60,965 nt of DNA, from assembly GCA_001938485.1 (NCBI GenBank), contig MQRK01067526.1, positions 1-60,965 on the forward strand, given 5' to 3'. This document shows, in pieces, positions 51,871 to 60,965 of the stretch (the first letter of the stretch is position 1; each line of letters opens with the position of its first letter). A model generated the notes under the pieces. That model made no database searches and was not told where the DNA came from. It was given only the letters and a program-made list of their open reading frames with translations. Position numbers and translations under genes: made by a program. Source of the stretch: Girardia tigrina (lineage: Eukaryota).

Positions 51871-52679
51871 TTTAAAATGGCGTTTGTTATTCATTTTATA
51901 TATATAAAGTTTTAACGAAAATTGTTCATATAATTATATATAAATATATATATTAATAATTAAGTCTTTGTTTGAACGAATTAAGAGTTGCATTGTGGAT
52001 ACGAAAACAAAGATATCGATTTTCCGAATTATTATTGAAATTTGTTATTTGTTATTAAATTTTAACATTGAGATTTCATTCGAACTATGCCCGTTGTAGA
52101 ACTTCTCGGTGATAACAACGAAAGATATCCAGCGAAAAATAATGATTAGGTTTTTTCTGATGTGATGGAGCTTGCGTGCAATGCCGCAGGCCGAGAAAGT
52201 AAAACAGCCCTCTTTAGGGTCACAATTTGTGATTGGACACGGACATTTATATGGACAATAAAAAATATATATTGTTAGGTTCTTGATAATTCAAATCACG
52301 AATTGAAATATTTAAGACTTTTATTTAATAGCAAAAATAATATATATTTTTTAAATAAAATTCTGAAGAACACTTTTCATTTTTTCTCGCGCAAATCATC
52401 TAAACATTAAAGTAATAAATTTTAAATATAGATAATAATTTATTATTTATTTAATTTTAAAATATATTATTACTTCAATTTTTATTAAAATTCTTACCTC
52501 AAACCTCATTGAGTTTTTTTAATTTTTAATTATTTTTTCAAATTAAATACCTTTCTTTATATCAAACATTAATTTAGTCTTAGATTTTAAAATTTTATAT
52601 AATCCAACATCTAATTCTTTTTTATTTAAAAGTTTAAAAGCGAGTCTGTTAATTAATTGAAATTAGCTGGTTCGTTTTC

Positions 52680-52825
52680 TTGGAAGGAGAAAGACTAAGA
52701 GGAAGACCAAAGAGACAATTAACAGACAACTTAAAAAATGGAAAGGATTGAACATACAAAAAAAAGTCTATAAAAAGAGAGATATGTCGAAGGTTCACCA
52801 ACGGCCGAATGACTAAGGTCAAAAA
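52680..52825 (+). mobile_element. RTE-like non-LTR retrotransposon 3' end fragment
   Basis: LEGERLRGRPKRQLTDNLKKW resembles the GxRxRGRPxxxWxDxI C-terminal motif. Confidence 0.55.
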
Positions 52826-53369
52826 GAAATATTTGCTGTATAAATGAGAATATAATATTGTGATTTAGTTTGATGACGATGTTTGATCCGTCAAAATTAA
52901 TAACAATGTATTATCATGAACGTTTTTGTATTTTAATTTTCAATTAAAATTTACTACTTGCAATTGGAAAGATAATTTACACAAACAAATTTTATTGAGA
53001 AAACCAAAAACTAATTTGTATTTGGGGAAAAGTCATCAATTATCTATGTTCCATATGAATTTGAGTTTTGATTTAAATATTTGCTTACAAATAACTATGT
53101 TTAGAAGTTGTAATTTATTTGAATCATTTTTAAGTTAATGCTGCCAAAGTAATCATAATTCATAAATAGAATGTTTATTTCTTTAAAAAAACTTTTTTAT
53201 TTGTTCTTGTTAAAAGTACTATATTATTGTTAAAAAGCAACCAGGGATCATTTTAATCATTATTGTTTTCCTTAAACAAATGCGTCTCACCATTAAAACG
53301 TATTCAGTGTAATGAAAAAAATGAAAAAAGTAAAATCTATATAGTAGAAAAAAAATATTGCATCATACG

Positions 53370-54045
53370 TCAGCGCTTTGCAGATTACTGTACTGAGCAA
53401 TAGTCAATAATGAAGAGTCTTGAAAATGCTTTACTCACATTGAAGTTTAAAACTCTCCTTCCGTGCTGTAGCGACGTACTTTTAAAAGTAAAATCGTCTT
53501 AGAAAACACTCACTCCTTACAGCACGCTTCCAGAGAGGATTGTTTCTTTATACAACTTGAACTTTTCAGCCCATCGCATAAGCACCGCAGGTGAGACAGC
53601 CAACGCTCACATGATGATGGCAATGAATGGCAAGGAGATCTGCCTGTTTGATCATCGCAGTGCTGTTCTTGCAGATGAAAGAAAAATGAGAAAGAAAGCA
53701 AACCCTGGATATTTAATCAGAAAAAGACTTTGTTGTTATTTATTTTTTTTAAAAAGTAAAATGTGTTGAAGTGTTATGTAATATAACTCGTGTTGAACTG
53801 TTGATAAAATTTTATTGGTCGGGTCACTTGTGTATTTTTCTTTTTTCAAAATATATGTGTTATTATAGTACTGTAGCATGGTTTCTTTTAGAATAAATGT
53901 TTTTTTTGAATAAATGTTTTCTTTAACTATTTAGTTAAACAGTTTTTTCTGTGTTTGATAATGTACTTGACATTTCCATTGTGGTCCGCCGTTGTATTTC
54001 TGTTGTATCAAGTAGACCGCACAGCAAAAAGGTTTGACACCACTG
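53370..54045 (+). mobile_element. hAT (Charlie-like) terminal remnant
   Basis: Ends GTGGTCCGC...GTAGACCGC...AAAAAGGTTTGACACCACTG, followed by CTCTAG. The left boundary is uncertain. Confidence 0.5.
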
Positions 54046-54257
54046 CTCTAGTCCCATTTAGATATACATAACAAAAAACATCACAGTCAAGGAAAAGGTT
54101 GAATGATTACACAAAAGAACATCTTTCTATTATTTAACAGAATATATATCACTCATAGTCATATATATCCATGGTATTAATATGTTCACCATAATCATTT
54201 ATGACTTCAATAAATTGGATACTAATATTGGTCATAAGGTAGATAAACTAGATAGAT

Positions 54258-55542
54258 CAAGGGCTAGCCTAGGCTAGCCTAGAATAGCCTAGGCCCCCTA
54301 TAGCACATTATTCAACATTTTCCATTGAGAAAGAATACAGTAGTGTACTATTACTAGCCTGGACTAGCCTTGAAAGTGTAAACCATATTGACATGATTTT
54401 GTACCAAAAAGAGAGTTTATTTAGAGAATCAGCAATTCAAAATCCCGCCATGTTCTTTATTTGAAGAATCTTCAATTCAAAATTCAAATTCCCGCCTTGT
54501 GTCTATTTACTACAAGTGATACATTAAAACAAATTCATAAAAAGCTATGTAAATATTTTTTATATCAGTAGACGAGTATTATATACAATATATATTTTCT
54601 ATATGCAAAATCACTTGTAGTAAACTTTTATAGTAAACATCAACTGTTATCATGTAATTGGTTATACGATTTAGGTGTCGTTCATCCGGTCGCTAACCAA
54701 CGCATCAAACTTGATCAAGTCAACAGTATTACGAACGCGGTTACACGACAACCCGTCCCTATATAAATTTATTTTCGAGAAGACTGTTAATAATTTTGGA
54801 CCTGTGTACTTGAGTTAAATACCTTGAGGGCAAGCTGTTGGCAGAAAGAGTACTTATCAGACTGTCATTATAAACGTCAACGGCGAGTGAGATTAGAAAC
54901 TCCAACTTCCGCACGGTACTTTTGATTACCTTTCAGCCAATGGTGATGAGACTGAATATACCACTGCAATTCTCAATCTACATGTCGCACTGCTGCCTTT
55001 TGGAAGATTGAGTGATCTGTGATCTTTTGGTGATCCATGACAGCCTTCACTTTTACAGTTGCATCTGCATGGCGGCCATAAGACCAATAAACAGTGCAAT
55101 TGTGAGCAAACTTGCAAGCTACATTCAGAAACTTTTCACAAGCTCTACATTTCACATAATGTGTTTTACGCTTCCCTTAAGCAGATGCAAACATAAATAC
55201 TTCCAAGCAGTCTCTACTATTTTCTATTTACCATTTTACATTCAATTTACTGTGCTTGTACCATTCCATAGTATTGTGAGAAGTGCTGATAATGAATTCT
55301 TCTGTTGCGAAGGGGCCAATATGTGTAATAGTGGTTCAGCTTTCTGCTAGAACAGCGAAGTTTAAGTCTACTGTTGTTGCAAAAGCATCAGGTTATGATT
55401 AAAAAAAATAAAAAGGTAGTTTTAAAAATCGATTTAAAAAAATGGGGCCCTCAGTCTATCACTTTTGCCATGGACTGGGGGGCATTTTCGGTCACTGGGG
55501 GGGGTCAAATGCTCCCAAGTATATATGTTAAAAAAGGCCCTG
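54258..55542 (-). mobile_element. Decayed hAT-like element with a ZNF862-type zinc-finger remnant
   Basis: Right end reads CAGGGCCTTTTTTAACATATA on the minus strand. Minus-strand W...MKCRACEKF...YG...VKAVMDHQKITDH (CxxC...HxxxxxH). GGCTAGCCTA repeats at the left end. No TSD was confirmed. Confidence 0.5.
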
Positions 55543-56081
55543 ATCTCATAAGGCAGCAACCAGCGACTTGCAGAAAGAACCACAGAATGATATGAACATT
55601 CCACCTCATTTGATAGGAAAATGTTGGGATACATTACAAGATCATTGGACAGAAAAGAAATCAATGAATAAAAATTTTAAATAAATTTTGTGAAATAAAT
55701 TTTGATTAACAACATTCTTATTTTTTTAGTTTATTTAATTTTAACGCAATTTTATATTATTTTTGTATAAACCTATAATTATAAGGTTAATTAGCTTTTT
55801 ATAATTTTATAATTTAGTTTCAATTTAATTTATAGTTTATATAATGTTGCATAAAAAAATTTTAGTGATTACGAAATTTATTGCAACATACAAGACATTA
55901 ATTGCATTATTTATGAACTGGATTGAGAAACCCTATAATGTACACTAAATTTTGATTAAAAATGAACTTTGAGGGACCTAAGTTAGAGTATTTATTAGAT
56001 GGACTTCCTATAAACGTGTAAATTGTACACCCTTTACTTCGATTCCACAATTCATACCCTAATGATGGATAATTCAAATGA

Positions 56082-56500
56082 ACTTTTTAATTTTTATTGG
56101 AAAACATGTTTCGCCACTTTTGTGGTATCTTCATTTCTGTATTTAATTAGAAAGTTATTGTTTATATAAAGATAATCATTACGTCACAGTGTGTTATGTC
56201 AAAATACTCTAATATGATTGGACGAATCACTTTGCACATTTAGACTAGGTTTACAAAACTTTATCAAGAGTGCTTCAGTAATTGTCCTTTCATAATTGTG
56301 ATTAAAGTTACTAATCAAAAGCCGAAAATCATTATCAAATACCCTCCTTTGAGTTCCATGACATTTCACTATGTGGTCCAAAATTGAGCTTTTTCTACTT
56401 GATTGGGTATGTTCTGCAATTCTAGTACGGAGGTGACGATTTGTCTCTCCAATGAAGATGCCACAAAAGTGGCGAAACATGTTTTCCAATAAAAATTTAA
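56082..56500 (-). mobile_element. Short Penelope-like copy (GIY-YIG C-half plus pLTR) bracketed by inverted hammerhead-containing ends
   Basis: IGETNRHLRTRIAEH...ERTITEALLIK...NVQSDSSNHIRVF*. About 50-bp inverted repeat 56085-56135/56451-56500. Both hammerhead copies read ATGAAGA instead of CTGAAGA. Confidence 0.9.
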
Positions 56501-57475
56501 AATTAAAATGGTTTTATTTTTGTTTAATGACTAAATTACCATTTGATTTAAAGAAATTAAACTTTTAAACAGTATTTTATTTTCGAATTCAATATAATAT
56601 TAAAAAAACTTTGATCTGAATCCTGTGAAAATTAGAGCAATGACAATTTAATACATTTTATTTTTAAATTATTCTAATTTTATTGTAATTTAATTATTTT
56701 TAATTTTAATTTAGTATTTACTTTTCTATTTTTTATTCAAAAAACAATCGAAAAATGAAAATCTTTTTCGACATAATCCTATACACCTGCCAGTTTTATT
56801 ACTTTTAATGAATAAAAATAAATAAATAATCAAAGAATTTCGGCACCACAGTGAAATTAAAATGAGAAGATATTCCTAATAAAAACGATTTTCGTTTTTA
56901 ATTTTATTAATTTTTTTAAATTTTTTTAAAAAATAGTTCTAAAATTTTAATTACAACTGCTGAAACCTAATTGATAAAAATTCAATTTTATAATTCCAAA
57001 ATAAATATCATTAAATGTAATGACAATTTTCAAACAAATTCTTTCATTCATTAAAAATAAATAATTAAATTTTCCAAACATTTTTTTAAATAAAAAAAAA
57101 TATAATGAATTATTTTTCAATTTTTTTAAATTAATTTTTGTTACTATAAAAATTTAAATATTTCTAGACAGTGAAATAAAAACAATTTAAAATAATAATA
57201 AAATATTACTAAATATTTTAATTATAATTTTTGTCTCGATTGATTGCCAGCTGAAATGTTGATACCGCAAAGTCAGTGAAAATCGTTTTATTTACCAACA
57301 CAATTAAAACAAACAACATGTGTCCATTATATATATTAAATTTTATTTGCCATAAAATTTTATTTATCTTAATTATATTAAAATACTAATAAGTTGACAT
57401 TTTAATTAATTTATAAGGTTTAATAAGGAAGGTTTAATAATAAAAGAGAATAACGCCATTTTAATTTTTTATTCT

Positions 57476-57516
57476 TTGAAAACATGTCTCACCTTTATGG
57501 CATCATCAGTTTTCAA
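57476..57516 (-). ncRNA. Hammerhead ribozyme variant (GAGA instead of GAAA; probably inactive)
   Basis: TTGAAAA-CTGATGA-T-GCC-ATAAA-GGT-GAGA-CATG-T-T-TTCAA. Confidence 0.65.
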
Positions 57517-57599
57517 TTGTAATCAACTGCTATTGCATATATAGTTAGAAGACCATGACGTCATTCATGTCTTACGTTAACATATTTTAATATGATTGG

Positions 57600-58052
57600 T
57601 ATACCATCTCTTTCAATGGTATTGAGCCTAAGGCTCTTTAGAGGGTCCACCCAAACTAAAGTCCTTAAGGGCCCCCGATAGGCCTCCTACGGGGTCAGTG
57701 TCCTTCTGCCTGCGAGCGACCGGTTTTCCAGTTGCAAAAGACCAGCCATGGAATTTGGTGCCATGGCCATACATACCTTTGGCGGTTACGNNNNNNNNNT
57801 AACATCCTCTGAATGGGCACTGGAAATGTCCTTTTGCTTTTGCATAATTGGCTGGCAATCGGTATTGTCGGTGCGGCGATTCTTCACGAGTGTATGTAGT
57901 GTTGTCTTCTGTCTGGATCATCGGCGTGCCCATAGTTGCTTCCGGTAACTGGGGGTTGGATTGAATTGTTGTCGGCTCTTCCTCTCTCACGATGACCAAA
58001 TTATCTTCTTGCTGGGCGTTTGGTTGTTCTGACTCTTCTCTGTGATTCTGTG
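57600..58052 (-). mobile_element. 453-bp GC-rich insertion encoding a 5'-truncated ORF with a C2H2 zinc finger
   Basis: 8-bp direct repeat ATGATTGG at 57592-57599 and 58053-58060. Removing the insert restores the PLE C-terminus SESSNHIKIC*. The frame is open from the insert edge to TAG at 57628 and contains CPFRGC-x12-HGTKFH. Confidence 0.8.
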
Positions 58053-59064
58053 ATGATTGGATGATTCACTTTACACGTTTAAATTAACTTTCAAAAACTT
58101 AATTAACAGTGCTTCAGTAATTATCCTTTCATATTACTACAATATAATACTTATAATCAAAGTCACTGATTAAAACCCGAAAATTACTTTCATGTTCTTC
58201 CTTAAATTTCCATAGCACTTCAACATGTTTCAACATTCTATTTAATTGAGTATGTTTAGTAATTCTAGTGTGGAGGTAACGATGTCAAGGTTTCACACTT
58301 TTGCCATTTATATTGGTAAACTAGATCAGGTTTCATACAAAATGGTGTTTAGCTTTATAAGAAAAATAGTTGGAGATGTAATTAGTTGGAAATAAAATTT
58401 TAATTTTAACTTCTACTAAAGCACGTTTCTCTAGAACACGTTAGATGTTAAACTCCATTTTCTATGGATTCATCCCTCGATCACATTCCTGTTACACTGG
58501 GGTCTAAAAAAACTATAAGGTTTTCTATATAAACAAATATCCGTTGGTTTTCTGTAGACCACGGTATGTAAAATATTTTTTTTTCTTTTCTATCAAAACA
58601 TCTAAGAACAACATTTTATTTTCAATTTCAAACGTGAAATTAATGTTTGGATGTAAATTATTTAAGAAATGTAGAAAACCAATAATGTCATCCTTATTTT
58701 TAAAAAACAAAAAAGTGTCATCTACCTATCGAGTATAGAAGATTGGTAATTCAGCAGAATAATTACTAATTTTTTATCCAAATTTGGATAGAAAATAAAA
58801 GCCATTAACAGTGTCATGTGTGAAACAGCTACTCCATCAATTTGCATAAACCAATTATCATTAAATAAGAAAGGAACATTTTTGTTTTATATTTAAGTAA
58901 GTATTTTAATGCTTTAGTGCTCATTGACTTTGATTTATCATCAACCAAGTAATTCAAAGATTTACACAAAGTTAAATTATTTCAACTTATCATTTGATTC
59001 TAATTGAATAGTGGTGCAATGATTTACACTGTAAAAAGAAACCATAATTTAGATATTGATGCAA

Positions 59065-59320
59065 CAAATTGGAGAGACATGTCGTCATCTCTGTAAACGA
59101 ATCCAAGAACATAATCAAAAAGATGGTGAGAGTTAAATTGCTCAACACAGAAAAAAATGTTTAGATAATGTAGTATATTTAAATTTGTGAAATATTGTGT
59201 TCACAATTTGATAATTACCGGAAGATAGTGATGTATGAACCACTGATGATTAATGATCTTGATGCAAAAATCAACGCGCAAACACCATCGTATATTTTTT
59301 TGAAAATATTCTGAGGTTTT
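59065..59320 (+). pseudogene. Degenerate Penelope GIY-YIG fragment (same subfamily as the 20380 and 23320 pieces)
   Basis: IGETCRHLCKRIQEHN and MYEPLMI...KINAQT. Confidence 0.8.
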
Positions 59321-60923
59321 AGTGATTACGAAATGATTACGTTAACAGTTCATCGATATATAAACATCAGTTTATCAGTATTTATAAAAATATATTGTAG
59401 TGGTCTATTTATTATTTATTTATATATTATAAATATAAATAAAATATAAAAGTATATATTTAAATTTTAATTGATATTTTGTTTGTTAATTTACCAAAAG
59501 GATTTATGTAATTTATTCAAAAATTGTTGTTATGTAATTTATCGCTTGAAATACTGAAACATGAATAATGGGTTGGAAATTGATAATAGAAAAATTTATG
59601 TTGTTTAGGAACATTCCACAATCAAGAACTCTATCAGATTTGTTCAAATAGCTTTATCTCTCTTCCCTGTTAATAATCAGATCTCAATCTTATCTTCAAT
59701 TTTCTATCAAACGGATCAATTATCCTCCACATAAACTACGATAATCAAAATCCATTTCCAAAGTAACAATGATTAATAAGTTTCTTCCTAAAGACCTTTC
59801 TTGTTTATAGTGATCCTTATTCATATTTGTCTTTTTCATCCGTCCCTTATTTGTTGTTTTTTTCGTTAATATAGTTTATTTATATCTATTTGATTTAATA
59901 ATATTGCTGGGAGCCTTGTTGAGTTCATAAAATTTTTGAATTTACAATCTTATCAAATTAATAATTAAACAATTACATTCCGTAATAGATATAGATATTG
60001 TTACAGATATGTTAAAATAAGATTTTCAGAAAAAAATGTAAAAATTAATTTATGTAAGAAATAAAATTAATTTTACGGTAGGTTTATTAAAAGATTTATG
60101 CAAAGATTTATTATAAAGTAAAAACGTTAATTTCAATTTTGATGAAAATATTTAATTGAAATAAAATAAAAAGTAATATAAAGTTTAATATTTTATTTAC
60201 GAAATGAAAATAAACTAAACTATTTTTGTAACTTATTTTACACGACTAAATCGAAGTAAATTAAAAATGTAATTATAATTTTAATTTAGAAATTGTAATT
60301 GGAATCAAAATATAATTGTAAAACAATTAAATCGACTTAAATGAAAATGCGATTTTAATTTTATTTTGGAAAACGTAATTATTAATGGAAATATAATTTT
60401 ATTTTATGTAAAAAGGGGTAATTTAAAAGTTGTTAAATTAAACGAAATTGCGATTTTAAATTCTATTTTCAAAATATTATTTTATTAAATCCAAAGTAAT
60501 TTTTAAAACTATTATGAAAACGAAATAAAAAATGCTATTGTATAGAATTGGGAAATTTAATTGAGAAGCAGGTAAATTTAAATGTACAATAAAATTGAAA
60601 TTTAATAAAAGACGCAATAAAATCTTTGTGACAAAATTTTAATTCATTTTATAATTTTTTATTAAAAAAAGTATAGAATTTTAATTCGTAAAAAATACAA
60701 TAACCATATTTATATTTATATCCATTCTTATTTATAATGGTTTGTGTAAAAAAAGTGTAAAAGTTCGTCGAAAATATTTGTTTAAAAAACTCAAATTGAG
60801 GTAAAAATAAAGTTTTTTGTTCATGACAACGTGTTTTGATCAAGAACCCAATAAATATTATTTTTATATTTACAACAAAGAAAGTGAGTTCATTGCAACA
60901 TTATTTTTCAGTTAGCTAAATTT

Positions 60924-60965
<42 letters not shown>

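Larger units (their letters stand above)
50660..51898 (-). mobile_element. 5'-truncated Penelope-like retroelement with an inverted RT segment and inverted terminal tail
   Basis: Minus strand: RT thumb plus GIY-YIG. Plus strand 51646-51870: RT core FYTRYVDDIFLIF...ISFLDVLI. 78-bp inverted repeat 51568-51645/51793-51870 (76/78). An approximately 30-bp tail at 50661-50690 recurs inverted at 51868-51898. Confidence 0.92.
57440..59050 (-). mobile_element. Degenerate Penelope-like element (RT + GIY-YIG + pLTR) interrupted by an insertion
   Basis: QIDGVA, IFYTR*VDDTFLFF, LNNLHPNINFTFEIE, FLDVLI and ERIITEALLIK. Its 3' tail (AAATGGCGTT) matches the 50660 copy. Confidence 0.85.

Noticed and set aside
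56454-56489. N-terminus MENMFRHFCGIF of ORF 56199-56489 as real protein
   Set aside because: It is the antisense of the inverted hammerhead/tail, fused by the fold-back junction.
59065-59320. Inverted 5' arm belonging to the 57440-59050 PLE
   Set aside because: Its GIY-YIG (CRHLCKRIQEH) belongs to a different subfamily than the minus-strand copy and no inverted nucleotide identity was seen. Treated as a separate remnant.
1-60965. Most short ORFs in the supplied track as genes
   Set aside because: They are AT-rich low-complexity frames, antisense or alternative frames of TE remnants, or microsatellite translations (for example 42032-42313 and 27819-28028).
1-60965. CRISPR array, prokaryotic operon or defence system
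   Set aside because: No regularly spaced repeat-spacer array and no operon-like gene density. The content is eukaryotic.

Overview
A very AT-rich eukaryotic window, probably from an invertebrate animal (inferred from cilia genes, a TRAF fragment and a eukaryotic 28S fragment). It is dominated by decayed transposons. Only one convincing intact host CDS is present: an intronless, divergent axonemal dynein light intermediate chain (p28/DNALI1-like). Mobile DNA includes about 10 mariner remnants (one near full length), Tc1, pogo, hAT and piggyBac-like MITEs, a decayed Gypsy-type LTR retrotransposon, an RTE-like 3' end and at least 7 Penelope-like (PLE) pieces. The most interesting signals are: (i) minimal type-I hammerhead ribozymes at PLE 3' ends, with covarying stems, a shared extra U in the core and a bZIP-site/TATA module about 30 nt upstream; (ii) four PLE copies built as fold-back structures, three with microhomology junctions; (iii) a 453-bp GC-rich C2H2-zinc-finger insert with an 8-bp TSD nested in a PLE; (iv) an unrecognised 7-copy family with a sharp TGTGAGGAAT boundary and an M-S-N-S/Y-E-S-like start about 350 nt downstream; (v) disabled host-gene fragments missed by the ORF track (RJL/DNAJC27 next to a TRAF MATH domain, a Vps33 N-terminus, 28S rRNA). 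All homology calls come from motif recognition by eye with no database searches. Boundaries of decayed elements are approximate.
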